Below are positions 1-13,730 of a stretch of DNA of 64,000 nt, piece by piece. Under the pieces are notes generated by a model. The model saw nothing but the letters and a program-made list of their open reading frames with translations. It was not told the DNA's origin and searched no databases. Both the position numbers and the translations under genes were made by a program. The first letter of the stretch is position 1. Every line of letters begins with the position of its first letter. Source of the stretch: Dicyema japonicum (taxonomy: Eukaryota; Animalia; Dicyemida); contig RDEW01000058.1 of the NCBI GenBank assembly GCA_011109175.1, positions 130,033-194,032 of the forward strand, given 5' to 3'.

Positions 1-300
1 CTTTAAGGCTAACGTAAAGTGTGTTGAGCCTCTTGAACTATCTAAGAACCAACCACTGACACCAATTTTTATGTGAACAAACCTATTTAATAAATGATTA
101 TCGAATTAATTAATTTTTAAAGAGGTCTTACTTTTCAACAGAATTGAAGAACCTCGTGGTCCTTGAGTTACATTCCCTTACGATAGTTGCTCTACCCCAG
201 GAGACTCGAATATTTTTCCAGATCTACCTCTCTGTTCTTCTGAACTTTCACTCCTAACCTCGTATGGTTGTTGGGCCCGTCAGTATTAAATGTAGTCAAG
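1..300 (-). repeat. Diverged paralogous copy of an unidentified sequence also at ~1850-2110 and ~15350-15610
   Basis: Shared colinear blocks, e.g. CTGACACCAATTTT-ATGTGA and TTACTTTTCAACxGAATTGAAG; similar translations VKVQKNREVDLEKY and VKVQNNREGDQEKY. Product not recognised. Confidence 0.55.
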
Positions 301-807
301 GTTGACAGTCGTGTGAACCAGCCAGATTGAGACAAAGATGTCCCAAATTTAAGGACTAAAGGATCCCTAATCACTGTGATCTTTATTTGATTTAAAGATG
401 GGAATACTGAATAACTGCTATGCTTGTGGCGTACTCTTTTACGGACTCTTTACTATCCATTATACTTGTTTTTCTATACAAATTTCTTCCTTACACGATT
501 CATTAGTCCATCGGTCCTCTGCTGTTTTTATTCCCCTTAGCTTGGGCATGATCCTTATCCAGACAGAGAGGACGAATAGTTCTCTGCCTTCCACGAAGTC
601 TTTACTTCCATTTTGGATGAAAAGACCTCCATAATTAGGCTGCAGGGTGTTATCCCATCAATAAGCCCAAAGTTGCCAGGGAGATTATATCACTTTGCAT
701 GGGAGTCTGTTATTTATCTTTGCCAGTGGATGCATATGATTTTTTTCAGTTGACGTTTATGATATCCGTCAAATCTCTATAGATATACTCTCAGCATCCC
801 CCAGTAT

Positions 808-1108
808 TATTTATTAACCCCAGGCTTACAATCTACAATTAATGTCCGGAGAACGTCTGTTTGTGCCGATCAGGAGTGATGTATACCCTTTTCATAAGAC
901 ACGTTGTGGCTGTGCATTGTTGAGAGTTGCACTGGATGCACAGGGTAGCAAATCCCTTTCCATTTTGTCGGATAAGGTCTTCAAGTGATGAAGGTATTAG
1001 TTTTTCTAGTTTCCCGAAATTACTTATAGTAGTGGCTGTTAAGGCCTGAATGTCCCGGATTCTTTGTCTGTTTGTCCAGGACAGATTCCCCATGTCGTAC
1101 AGGCATAG
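808..1108 (-). mobile_element. 5'-truncated 3' end of an APE-type non-LTR retrotransposon
   Basis: The minus strand reads YACTTWGNLSWTNRQRIRDIQ, like the post-RT 'EYA..W' segment of Jockey/L2/CR1-group LINEs. It ends in GTAAGCCTGGGGTTAATAAAATAAT. Confidence 0.55.
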
Positions 1109-3289
1109 CTGAAGTTAAGTTATATCAGTATTTTCAATGTTAAATTAGTATCCGTGCAATGTGTTTGATGCATTTAAGATCCCAAAAGCGTATGAAGTTA
1201 TATTTAGCTTAGATATAAACCTGAAATGTATTATATTAATATGGACAGATTGGGCAAATTGTAGTTGTTTGATATTAATGTGATTAGGACATTGAACGTA
1301 TCAGCATATCGTACGGGTAATTATTATTGTCAAATCAGAGTGTAGTCCATTAAGAGACTCACAAAATGTGTATGGATTCTGCAGATAGTTAATTAATGAT
1401 AACATGATTAGGAAATAAATGGATTTTTTTAAAGATAATATTTTATCATTATTGAGCACTCTCGCCCTATGGCGTAGCATGTCCTTGCCCCTGTCATAGG
1501 CAAACTCACGTATTCCATCTAGATAGCCGTGGTGATCCACGTTTATTAATTAAATATTTTAACTTAACATTATTATTTATTCAAATTATTTCTATTTAAT
1601 TCATTTATTCATTTTTTATAATTCACTTCCTCATTGCTCTTAATATTAATCAAACCTTTCAAATCTCTATTCCAAGAACACTGTTAAACCGAAAAACAAA
1701 CTGCGACCCTGACAAATTTAATCAGGCACTCAGCTCGTTGGGATCTGGATGATCACGTTGGATCGGGCTCCCTCCGTTATTCCTTCGAATTAGGATCTCC
1801 AAGGGTGTCTGCATCATGTTCTTTATGGGATCATACTCTAGAAAAACAGCACTATCAAAGCTGACGTGATAAGTTTTTTTTTGCACTGTTGAAGAATTAA
1901 TTACTGACACCAATTTTGATGTGATCCAAACTGTTTAAGGGAATAATTATCAAATGAATAAGTTTAATTTCAAAAGGTTTTACTTTTCAACGGAATTGAA
2001 GGACCTTCTGGTCCTGAACGATTTGCATTCACATACGAGAGTTTTTCTACCACTAGGAGACTCACATACTTTTCCTGATCTCCCTCTCTGTTGTTCTGAA
2101 CTTTCACTTTGACCTGGTGGTGTCCATATATGATTTCTTATCAGATCGCAGCCATATTTTCCTGTAAAGTAAACCTTATAAGAGTTTGTAGCTACCATCT
2201 GAAGAATCTCGTCTTAAAGAGGCTTGAGACTCTCATGGAAATATTCGCTGCTTTCTAAACTGCAAATTTTTCCCTTTCTTGTATAAACACAAAAATTTGT
2301 CAAGTCCTTGATCTATCCGTACAGAAAAACCTAAAAAACAATTGCATTAACCAGTCTGCATTTGGTCCTTAAGCTGCCTTGTACTCGGAGAAGAAAATCC
2401 CTACTGCTCAGTCAGCACAGGCTGGGGCCCTTGCTTCGGAAGAGATCACGGTGGTGTCCTTGGTTCACGGTTTTGCAGGACAAACGGAAAAGTGGTTTAA
2501 TTCTCGGAAAGACGAAAGAACGGAGACTGATGAGAAACGGGAACGAAGAAAAAGAAAACTTTGCAGCGTCACAGGTTCAAGAAACCTGGTAAAGTGGAAA
2601 CTGGCAAGCGTGAGAAGTCTCTCGTTGAGAAGGGAACTGATAAGACTTTAACTCAGCCTGATGCTGTCGTCTACTGTTTGACTGTTTATATTTAAGATGC
2701 TTTCTTGGCTAAACGTAACGTCTGAGGACATCGGATCTGTCAGCCGTGTGTTCGATTCCGAAAGATTGACTTTTTAGGGATAGTCAATTTTCGTCGAACA
2801 GATCCCATTCGTGAGGTTAAAAGTCCGGTTCCCAAGTGAAGTATCCAGATTTACAGCAACGAGATTCGACTAGTCTTTCCATCAAATCTGACTTAATACA
2901 TGAGTCCCTATAGATTAGTGATTCCCAACCTTTAGGTGCTTGCGGAACCCTTCCAATTCAATTACTACAATTTTCACTTAAAACATAATCGTAATAACCA
3001 AAAACAATTTTAATGTGAACATTAACTTTTTATTATAGTTGTGTAAGTTAGGAGTTATTGTTGACAACTGTATCTCATCTCAGGGAGGATTTGGTAGATG
3101 TATATATTGAAAACCCGACATAATAACGCTGGAAAAGGCCAAATTGAGAATTAGCCAATTTAAGGTTGGCCAATTAGAGGGACTTTACTGTATCTGCTCT
3201 CAAAAAATCAAAAAGGGATTCATTTTATATATCTGATTTGACGTTGATTCTGATGTCAAATAAATAATATGTTCATATTAAATTGATGT

Positions 3290-4760
3290 TAGATTTGCTG
3301 GTGCTACTTAACTTGGAATGGATTTTGTACCCAATCGTCATCATCACTTACGGGGAGGAATTTGGGATTCAAGACGTTGTGGGGTCCTTTATTAATTTAC
3401 ACGCGGGAGTCATCCGATTTACTAAGTACGGTGGATGATCGGGATTTACTCAAAATAGGGAAAGATTTAGGACTGGGATTCAAAATTCCACACAAACTAG
3501 ATCTGTGCTTTTTTCGCCGCCATGACCTTAAAGGTTTTGCTTCTTGTATACTTTAGGGATGTAAACTCTCCACCAACCATGGCAGAGAGCATTTTATAGC
3601 GGTTAATTTGGTTGCTAATTTTAAGACTTTTCCAAGCGCTGTTTTCTTGCAGAGGTTCAAGATAGGTTTATTTTAAAATATTGAACATTGTAGATCGACG
3701 GAAACCTTGAAAGATGTGATTACAAGACACATTCTACCTGGGACGAGGATAATAACCGATGGATGGAGTCCTATAAAATATAGGACACTCAAATACAACA
3801 TTACCCTTGGCTGACATTCAGTAGTTTTACCATTTTTCAGTTTAGCTGTTTATTGTTCACTGGTGGGACCAGCATTGAAACTCAGACTGATCAGATTCAT
3901 CAAAATGAAAGAAGTGGTGCATCTCACGTACCTTTGACTTTACTTGTCCTAGAAGAAAGTTCCCAAGCCATAAAACTGCTCAAAGGAGAGTACGTCGTTA
4001 GAACGATTCAGAGACTCAACATCGACAGGGCTATCATATTTTTCCATACTAAACTGGACTGCGATAATCTTAACAGCCATTTTTAGAAAATTTGCAAATG
4101 TTCCCTGTAACTTGTATTCCAGCTTCCCGAGAAGGCCCTGTTCTCTTCGCTTCCGTTTCACTCCGGCCAAAGCCAGAGAAATGAAAATTTGAGTTCATTC
4201 AAAGTAGGTGTGGCTTATTCCATAATGGCTATGTAAATTCTCATATCAACTGACGTCGCCTGCAGAGGCATTCACATCAGTCAGCTGCCCTTTGGTAGTT
4301 TAGTATCTCACGTTCAGTGATCAATATGACTCTGATGATCCATTAAATTACATCCAACGCATTGGCTGTACTGGAATAGTTGATAGGTTGTCCGTAGTTC
4401 CCTAGTGCTTAGAATGGGCCTTTCTATCTCCTTCGTTTCTAAATACCCCGAAAAGGTAATTTAGTGGATTCTATTATACTTAGGTGTGACATCATTCAAA
4501 CTGCCGTGGTGGACGGGGTACCCCTTGCTATAATACTAACCTCGTCTCGAATGGGGGATGCTGTATTTGGTACAATGAATTTGAGGTTTGAATTTGTTAT
4601 CATTTGACTGACAATGTGACTTTATTTTCAGTTGTTGAGGGAAATTGAAGAAAACTTGAATTTTTCGGTTGAAACTGTCGCTTGTACTCCTAACATGACT
4701 GTCCCCGTTTTTGAATATGACGGAAAATTTGTTATGATCAGAAGAGGAGGCGTGAAAAGA
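3290..4760 (+). pseudogene. DDX1: DEAD-box helicase DDX1 pseudogene (SPRY and helicase C-terminal exons, tiny introns)
   Basis: DDX1-like peptides: TYGEEFGIQDVVGS, GKDLGLGFKIP, AIKLLKGEY..DRAIIF.TKLDCDNL, ISTDVACRGI, CYNTNLVSNGGCCIWYNE, LLREIEENLN..VPVFEYDGK. In-frame stops (TAG at 4084-4086) and frameshifts; 23-28 nt GT-AG introns. Confidence 0.85.
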
Positions 4761-5399
4761 CCGTAGTTGGTTTATTATCTGTAGTGACGATTAGCTGCTG
4801 GTGATGTGGTGAACCCCTCGGATTTGCTTAGACTAGAATCGAAAGCTCAAAGGTCGTTTATAATGATCACTGAAAGTGTTTCCTCGTTAAAGTGACTTGA
4901 TTATTGTTTGTTTTACTCAAAATTTATTCTATTAACTTTAATCGGTTCATCGTGTCTATTTTATGCCACTGAAAATTGGGATTTACAAGTCACCTCCCTG
5001 TTGTCTTGGTCTGCCTTAGCTTTCCCTGTTACATTATGTCCATCTGACTAGTATATGGGAGAGTTTCCCTTTTGGTTGTTATTGTTCTGTTGGATAATGG
5101 CTTCCTTCAATTGAACGAACGGGAAAATAGTAAATTTTCGTTCTGTGTGCGTATCTGTCCGAATAGGCTATTTTTTCTAGCTGTGGTTCTAAAATGGGGG
5201 TAAAAATTGTCTTTTGACATTAATAAATTAGAGACTACGAGAAACCTGTCCCTGAGTTGTAAAAGTCAAAAAATAATTTAAAATAAAGTGCTAATATTTT
5301 GGTTTGAATAAGATTTGAGAGCACGTGGAATTGTCCCATCTTAGAAGATGTGAAAAAACAATAATCTAAATAATGTCAATAAATATCGTGCAACCAGAG

Positions 5400-5790
5400 A
5401 ACTAACAACAAAGTCATCTTACTCCACTTTCCTGCACCATAACCAAGCTCCAATAGTCCAATCAGATTTTTCCTTCATTAGTCCATACAGGCGTTTTCCA
5501 ACCTTTTGTATGTTTCTGTTGAGACCATCGGGTGTGGTCCTCGGTAGTCCTCGAAATCGAGGAGTGTCAGAGGCGAGAAGTCCTCCATGGCCGCATTAGC
5601 TGGGGTACCTAGGTCCATTTTCAAAAAGTGTCCAAAGTGCCTTTATCTTTCTTCTGTGATTCCAATCGAGGTATCTTCTCGTACTCAGTTATGTTCGATA
5701 TTCTGCAGCACCCTAGAAACGACATTTTTTTCCTCAATTGCGTTCGGTGTAAAAGTTAAATATTTTTAGACGGTCTCTGAGCAAGCCTAG
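5400..5790 (-). mobile_element. 3' remnant of APE-type LINE (family B)
   Basis: Reads (LF)GHFLKMD.TPANAAMEDF..RFRGLPRTT; homologous to 18350-18750, 22455-22590, 40110-40510 and 53470-53650. Confidence 0.65.
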
Positions 5791-5900
5791 ATGCTCGCGT
5801 AGAGAAAGTTTATTTCAAGTTTTTTCTTATAGAAAATTTTTTTTATAAAAAATTATTGACTTAATTAAATTAGTAAATTTGAAATTTAAATTTACGTATA

Positions 5901-7761
5901 ATGCAATGTGGTGAGGATGAATCAAAAGCGTTAAATCAAGCCTTCTATGATGTCCCCATAAGAGTCACATGTGACATTAAATCCTTAGATAGTCGTTGGA
6001 GTGATTTCTTCGATTCTAAACGCATTCACGTTGAGATTCATGCCAATTCCCTTAATTGGAGCACGTGCAAGGTAAAAGATGTTCCATGACAGAGACTTTT
6101 ACTACTCCACGGATCAATCACGAATCTAAGTTTGGATCCGATTCTCAAAACGTGCTGTGGGATCAGCATCACGGACACTCAAAGTTTCATAAACACTATT
6201 TGGTCTTTGTAAGCCAAATTTGACCCACTGAAGCACTCCTTTGTCATTTTTAATTGCCTCGATTGTAGTCGTTTTGTGGCTCTTCTTCACCGAGACCGAC
6301 TCAATTATTTAGACGGGAGATTGCAAAGATGCTGTATTTTTGAAAATTTGTGGTTCAATTTCCCAGTCCTTGACTTACCCGTTCGTTATTATTGCCAATG
6401 TGTACTGGCTGAGCAACCTTAAAGTACTGCTTTGGGAGACTTAGGTTTCCGTCAATGCTCTCGCTAATTTAAGTTATTCCCTTTCGTCTTTCCGGATTTT
6501 ATACCTTCGCTGGGAAACCGGGCTCATGGCGTTCGTCTATGCACGTGTATTTCTGGTGTAAGTAGATTAGGGAGTTTACCTTTCTGTTATTTTTCTGCTG
6601 TATTTTCTGATGATTTTTAAAGAAATGGCGAAAAATGGCATTATGGCTACTCCCTTCCCTACTGTTCTGTCCTTGCCATCCGGGGGGCACGTCAAATTGA
6701 TTGGAACCTTCGCTCAGCAGTCCTTAATTAAGCAGATTTTGGGAGAAGCAGAAAAATATATTCTTGCGATTATGAATTTGATCGAAACTGCCGGTTTGAA
6801 TTTAAATTTTATTTATTTTTTAAATAATTTTTAATATTTTTATTGTTATTTTAAAATTAGGACTGTATGATGTTGTCAGCAGCCTTGGATCGATTGTAGT
6901 CCGCTATGTGTTCCTCCCTATTGAAGAATCTGCCTATGTTTTCTTTGCCAAATCATTAGCACGTGGGAAGTCTTGTTCTCAGCAAGTTTGCATATTCTTT
7001 ATTTAGCATAAAAACCTTGGTGGGGACAAAACTGTGCTGTTTTTAGCTCAGACGCTAAAACTGCTTACTCTCGTTGGAATTACCATCGCTATCTTCGGCC
7101 AGTCCTATTCCCACATTTTGCTGCATATATACGGGGGAGGTCATCTCAGTGCTTCTGTAACGAGTATGGGCTATCTTTGAAGTAAAGACCTACTGAGACT
7201 TTACTCCGTTTATGTCTTATTTCTCGCTGTTAACGGAATCACGGAATCCTTCTTTCTCTCCACGGCTTCTGTATCTGAGATCAAAAGGTTGGCGTGGTGA
7301 TCTACTAGGAACGACATTCGCCTCATAATTTTGTTTTGCCTGCACGTGTTACTCGTTTTCGTTCTTACTCGGTCACTTTCAGCTTCTTCTGCCTTAATAA
7401 TCGCCAACTCGGTGACCATTCTTGTTCGGTTTGCTTTCAGGTGCTCTTGGGTTAATTTCAGTTTCACTTATATTTGTTCCTTCTATGAAAATTCTAGTTT
7501 TTGCAGGAAGGCTGCCCTGAGTTGGTCCTCATTGTGTGCTTTTGGCGTTACATTTTTGGTTTGCAGATTTTCTGAGGTGGTTGTGTCGTATTTTAGCAGA
7601 AATGTATTTATAGGCCGTTCACTTACGAATTGTTCTGGCCTGCTTTGGTTCACCTGTTCATTGGGGGATCAATGCTCTTGGTTTTAGTGCTGACTATTCT
7701 CAACTTCGAGTCGGACGTATTCCGCTACTTTCGCAGGGCTATGAGTGAGAAGAGTGACTGA
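5901..7761 (+). pseudogene. RFT1: RFT1 (Man5GlcNAc2-PP-dolichol translocation protein), copy with a nonsense codon
   Basis: Same exon structure as 18855-20723, but has an in-frame TAG at 6310-6312 where the other copy has TGG. Confidence 0.8.
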
Positions 7762-8279
7762 TGTTATCAAATTTTTTTAAATTTCTGATGTTATTTTTTT
7801 GGCACAAATTTAGCGTTAAAATGGAATTTTAAAAAAATTCGAGAAGTAGCTGGTCCCCGACTTAGAAGATATCAGAAAAGTAATAATTTAAAATGAACTG
7901 TCTCATATATGTGGGGTCATATTTAGCCCTATTAGACTGCAGGTTCTCATACCTTATACGACTGTGAACGCCTTCTTCCACTTTATTGTTTAGGAACTTA
8001 CTTACATCCACCTTTAAATGATACAGCTGGGAAAAACGGCAACAAAGTACATCCGCCAAGCGTATTGGTCGATGCCGTCCTTCGTGTTTAATCTCGAATC
8101 CACACTAATCTACTCGATCGAAGGTTTCAATTCTTAGAGAACTGAAAACACTTTCATATTCCACGTTTTAGTTATTTTCGATTCACTTCCACTGTTGCAC
8201 ATAAACTCTGATTTTTTGAAGTATTTGCTATTTAGGATTTTAGGCAATTCAATCTGCTAATTTTGATATAATTTTTCTG

Positions 8280-8936
8280 AAATGTAAATATTATTACTCA
8301 ACGGGATTCCCAACTTTGACCGTGATTTGGGTTTTCTGGTGTTTTTCCGCATTCTGGATATTATCATGCAAATACTATATTGGGGATTCCTCCACCACTT
8401 TTCGTCTTTATCAATTTTGACAAACGCTTGATTATTTGAGAGTAACTGGACTAATAATATTCCACAGTCTCCACTTATTGAATAATCAACCTAATTGATC
8501 CACCATCACTGCATGTAATAAAGATATCATTAATAATCTTAATAGAATTAATCCCCCCTGTGACATTGCCAGTACTCCCACTCAATATCGTCAATGATTA
8601 TATCTGCAAGCAAATTAACCCTCAGTTTGATTATATAACCATCTACAGGGAGGTGTTACGATTACCTTTATTCCCAACTAACAGAATGCATAGACGAGGG
8701 CAATAAGCCAGACTGGTTACACACGTTATTTTATTCAAATTTTGGTTTATATCTAATGTTTCGTTTTTCTATATAACGGAGAACACTACCGTGACTAAAG
8801 TAATACTTCCGTTTGGGCAATAACTACAGAAAAATCAAAAGTTTCTGGAATAATCTCAATGGATTCCCTTAGTTTACGTATAATCCAAAATTCAAATTTT
8901 AAGGAACAGATCCCAGTTTGATTGGTGGAATACTTT
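8280..8936 (-). pseudogene. WD40-repeat gene fragment cut at the duplication boundary
   Basis: Reads GNVTGGINSIKIINDIFITCSDGGSIRL, a WD40-like repeat; duplicate of ~21050-21706. Confidence 0.5.
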
Positions 8937-9049
8937 ATAATTAAAAAAATAATAAAATTGACTTATTATTTCTGCTTTACATAAATGGACTGGCCAAAGT
9001 CCTGCTCCGCGTTCGAGATGCCAGTTCAGAAGATCCCAAAGCTTTATTT

Positions 9050-9530
9050 TAGAAAGAGACATGCCATTAGTAGTCTGTGATCATTCTAGGTTATCATGCT
9101 ACTGTACGTACGGGAGTCCGTGTGTGGAAACCTCTGTGTTTGCCTGTTTCAAAGGAATAGTCTAAATGACTCGCAAATATGTATAAGAACTTCCCCTCAC
9201 AGATTTCTGATCCCTCGAGCGTGGCTGCCCAACCAATTTGATTCATCCTGCTTTTTCTCCACTATGGAATTTCAGTCTCCCGCTATATATAGAATGTAAG
9301 AGTTTACAAGGAGGAGTAAGACTATGATAAGGAAGGTAGAAATTGTCAAGTTTTTCAGTGTTAGTGGATACTCTCACTGTGGTCTGTGCATATGCATTGA
9401 TAATCAATAGTAGTATTACGGTGAATTCCTAGGCGAAGTTAAAGGATGGCAATTTTTTCGTTGATAGTTCATGCTCATTGAGCCACCACAGCAGCATTTA
9501 ACGTATAGCAAACCCCATCCAAAATAAAGT
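9050..9530 (-). mobile_element. APE endonuclease remnant of an RTE-like LINE
   Basis: Reads IINAYAQT, IAGD*NSIV..WLGSHARGIRNL*GEVL and NDHRLL, which are degraded APE motifs. Confidence 0.6.
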
Positions 9531-10458
9531 AGTCGATGAATACCCGTTCATTGTTTCATCCAGACCTTTGTGGACTTTAATCTTTGGAATGATTTAATAA
9601 TAATAACTTCAGAGCGCATTTCTTGCCTGGAAAAAGCTGCAGCTAATATGATTCTTCGTAATCCTAGATTATCGGAAAACCAAGCCGGTCTAACGTAAGC
9701 ATTAGACACCCACAATCAAACGTACTTATGAAAACTAAAAAATGTAGAAGATATAATTAAAACGTTGATAACTTGTTGACAATGAGGGTAAAGAAAAAGT
9801 TTCTCGTTAAAAATTATCCACTTAATCAAGCTCCAATTTTATCAAGATTTTAGTCTGTATAGCTTAGTCGTGGAATTTTGCAAGGGGTTTTATCATCTCC
9901 ACAACTTTTTGCTGTGGCGAAGGACCCATCATCAGGGTCCTTAATTCTACTTTCTTAAAACTTTAGATCGTATCAAGTGGATACTAATATGTTGATATTT
10001 CAACTAACTATTTGTCTTTTTTATTGATGACCTTTAAATATTCAAAAAAGAGGATATTGTAATTTAATGTAAAATATATAGATAAATTTCTAAGGGATAT
10101 CAAAGTGAGATAACTCTGAATGACTAAAACAAAGGTAATTCAACAATCAGTTTATGCAAGGAAATTTGAGTATGAATAAAAGCAACTGAGGATCAGTTAT
10201 TTGTTCTCCCAATTAAGACTTGACGTAGTTAAAAATGATTTTCGCCGTTTTCGAACAATTCATTAATGCAATTTAAAAAACAAGATTAAACTGAATTGAG
10301 GATACCTTTATTATTTAGAGACTTGTGAATATAGAGGATTCAGAAAAACGACAACTATATAAAAACTCGTGACTAAATTATAACTCATCACTAATTCAAT
10401 AAATAATTAATCCATTTAATCTCTAAAAAACCAAATGTTAACTAATTAAAAAATTAAG

Positions 10459-11230
10459 TTATTCTATTATAGGATAAAAGCTATTTAAAGGAAATTTGCA
10501 GTTATTCTTCCCGCGTGCCAATTTCAAAGTATCCATTAATTCTCCAATATTTTCCCCATCAATTTTTAATAAGCCAATATTTTTTTCCCTTCGAAACTCC
10601 ATAACCAACATCAGACATTACATGATTTGTTTATCAGTAAAACAATGTTTTATGTAGTATATTCTTTAAACGTTTCACTTATAATTACCTCGATGATAAT
10701 AAAAAAAGCTATTCAGGGATGAATAAAATTCAACAGTAACTGGTCCATACTTAACGAGAACATGCATAAGCATTTTTTCATCACCATCTTTAATTTTTAT
10801 ATACCTAGTCAAATTAATTTTAATATTTGGTTGTCCATTATAGTGGCATTTACCTTCCTACATAATTATTTTCAAAAAACCAATTCCTTTATAGAGTTAT
10901 TTTTTTTCAGAATTAATTCCTCCGTTTTCATTATATAATTATAGACTTTATTTGAAATTCCTCCATCACAACCATGATTAAATGCACAATCAACAATATT
11001 TTGTTCGCTCAAAAATAGAAGAATATTCTGTTTGATTGCCAAATGCTACTCCAACGTAGCCAACTAAAAACATTAAAAAGTCGTTAATCGCCGCAAATGC
11101 ATAACACGAGCGAACTCTGCAAGCAATACCTTCCAAACAATTAACACAAACTTAACCATTCTCAAATGTTTTCGGGGAGACCCAATGTCCTCAGGTAGGG
11201 CAAATCGAGTGAAGAAACTTTCTAGTACAC
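10459..11230 (-). pseudogene. Papain-family (C1A, cathepsin L-like) cysteine protease pseudogene
   Basis: Reads SCYAFAA (catalytic Cys region), LSEQNIVDC..GCDGG, GPVTV..FFYYHRG and VGYGVSKGKKYWLIKN*WG..GYF..ARGKNNC. Stops and frameshifts present. Confidence 0.85.
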
Positions 11231-12539
11231 CTGACACCGAATCTAGGTCCACTGTGAACTTGAAGCCGAGCAAACATACGTGGGACGTTTTCTTTTGCAA
11301 AATATCTATAATAACAGTCAAAGTTACTTCAAAATGTCATCCTTAGTCTGATTAGAGAACAGCAGTCCTCGACCTTCTGAGATTAGAGACGAGAACTTGT
11401 GTAGATCGTTAACAGTTCCCATTGATTTGTTCCCAAAGCTTTGGCCATTACTTTTTTCTTCCCAAAGAAGTTTCTGATGTGATAATAATCACAACCTCGA
11501 ATCAGTTAACCCAAATCTAACATTTCTCATTGCTGAATTCAGGAAGTTATGTGCAGAAAAGACAAACAGATAGTCGTGTTTAATGACGGCATCCCGAATC
11601 TAAAAGTCAGTAAAAGAATATACGTTTTCTATAGCTTTAATTTTCGATTTTGGAGTTACGTAGAAGGAAAAACATGATTAATCATATATTCAATAAAATT
11701 TAAGTAATTTTTAAATTAATTTTATATTTTTCCTAATTAAATTAATATTTTTTTCTAATCAATATAGAGTGATCAGGAAAAACTAACCGAAAGAGATTCT
11801 TCCAGAACTGACCCTCAAACAGACAGTTCTGAAGGAAATCTCCATAGGGAAACAAAAACCCCGAGAAATCTATAGTCTACAGGTACTGAGGCATAAGGGA
11901 AACGTAAGATAACAACCTTCGGAAGCGGAAGCCTGTAAAGAAATATTGGAAGATGGATTTGGTCAGCACAACAAATGTTCTAACTTTGTTTCCTTCCTTG
12001 GATTAGTTAGTTATGACTGTTTGTGCTGGGCTTACAATGGTAAGCCGGGGGTTAATAATGTCTATATCTTTATCGTACTCTCAGTCAGTCTATTCTACCT
12101 CGTTTACAATTGCAACTTTTAACTTCAGAGGAGTGAGACGTACAAATCAGCATATAGTTAGAAACCTTTAAAAAGAGATCGAATGGTGCATAAAAATGGT
12201 AAGTCAAATAATGCGAATCCTATTATTGCGAATACTGCCTTTGATCACCCAGCAAGACAAAATTACTGTGATTGTTCAAGTATGGATAACAATGGGGACC
12301 TGATCAAAATATTCAACCAAGTCGACTATGTCGTGTGTAAAAGTAACGATAACCTTTATACGAAACTTAAGATCTTATGATGGCCTCGAAACTTCCAGTG
12401 AACACAAACTAGCGATAACTCGATTCTCTTAGAGAGTATGTGTAAACCTGCAAGACGTGGAAACCCAAAGCTTGAAAAATTTTATATAATAATAAAAATA
12501 ACACCAGAGACCACGATCACACAAACTAACTAATCACGT

Positions 12540-13540
12540 GATCCCAGAACACTCTAGCAGGGTCCTCATCTTAGCCCGAAAGTCCTCCCTCGTCTTCGCA
12601 CAAGCACGTATCGGTCGAGTAACTGGACCTTCGCAGTCACGACGGCGCAATCCGTGGTTCATTTTTTATTAAGGCTTCAAGAGGCATTGGTGGCTGGAGT
12701 TCTCCAGAAATCCAGCGTTCCGTGACTTTGGAGGCTCTTCCGGCTAGCCTCGATCTTCAAGACATTTGTCCAAGAGATGAATGGACCCATATACCGCATG
12801 CATAAGAATGCATGGTTCAATAAATTGTTTATATACAGTTCACAAAACAGAATGCTTTCCGATCTTCCATAAGTCTGTGAGGCATTTCAGAACATTAGTT
12901 TTCTAGTCGCATTTCGTCATTAAGCTTTCAACATGGGCGAGAATGACATATGCATGTCAAAAATCACCCCAAAGATCTTTGGGATTTTCTGTAAGGACTA
13001 GCTCATTGTTTGCCTTTAGTTAAACCGTCAATCTACCCAGTTTCTTGTCTGAAGTAAATAGGGTTGTGACATACTTTTCACTGCTAGTAGTTAGGCGATT
13101 CTTCAATAGCCATTTGTCAACCCAGGTCCAGATTTTCTTGCAATTTCAAAGTGGGAATCTGGATGTCCTGATTGCGTGAGGCAATGACGATGTCGTCAGC
13201 ATAAGTTAAAATAATTTCATTTTCGGAGTCTGGAGTGGGAAGGTCCGCCATGAATAGGTTGAATAAAACTGGAGACAAAGCGGATCCTTGGGGAAACTCG
13301 TTAGGGAGAAGCCGTGAAGTAGACCTTGACTGGCCAATGCGGACGCGTCCCCTTCGACAACTAAGGAAGTTAGTTAGCCAGAGTTTGAGCTTTCCAGGAT
13401 CTTTGTTTGGTAAATTTTCCAAGTAAGAATCCGTCTTGACACAGAGTTGAAAGCCTTGTGGACGTCTATGGAGCAAATTACAGTCATCATGTGTCCCGGT
13501 CTGTGCGAGAAACCATACCGTATAAAGTTAGTCAATGCCG
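12540..13540 (-). mobile_element. Decayed Jockey/L2-group LINE reverse transcriptase and C-terminus
   Basis: ORF 13117-13476 reads WLTNFLS.R.GRV..PQGSALSPVLFNLFMADLP..TYADDIVI. The downstream LYACGIWG segment is homologous to 44780-45000. Confidence 0.85.
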
Positions 13541-13614
13541 ATAAGTAGCTTCATCAGATCCACCTCGGTTTGTACAATCCGAATTTGATCACCAAGAGTA
13601 AGAATTTAATTTTT

Positions 13615-13730
13615 TAATTTATTAACCCCGGATACACCGAGAAAGAAGTTAAAGTAAACAACTAATTAAATGTATCCAGTTTCCACTTCTACAGAAACAG
13701 AGTCTATCCGGAATCAGCATAAAAGGTAAG
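13615..13730 (-). mobile_element. Short 3' end of LINE family A
   Basis: Reads GGAAACTGGATAC...TTTAACTTCTTTCTCGGTGTATCCGGGGTTAATAAA, matching the terminus at ~25945 and ~43795. Confidence 0.6.

Larger units (their letters stand above)
1109..8936. repeat. Segmental duplication, copy 1
   Basis: Colinear with 14617-21706. Both copies start CTGAAGTTAAGTTATATCAG and end GATTGGTGGAATACTTT. Scattered substitutions and indels; copy 2 lacks most of ~4600-5160. Confidence 0.95.

Noticed and set aside
7210-7467. Antisense ORFs over RFT1 (also 20171-20428, 6499-6690, 19453-19644) and over R4 (37669-38052)
   Set aside because: These are shadow ORFs on the opposite strand of recognised coding sequence.
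12030-12060. GTAAGCCGGGGGTTAATAA as another element terminus
   Set aside because: It resembles the end at ~815, but I saw no upstream LINE homology, so it may be chance.
13615-13640. TTAACCCC as telomeric or telomere-addition repeats
   Set aside because: It always occurs as a single unit, located at retroelement ends, and never in tandem.
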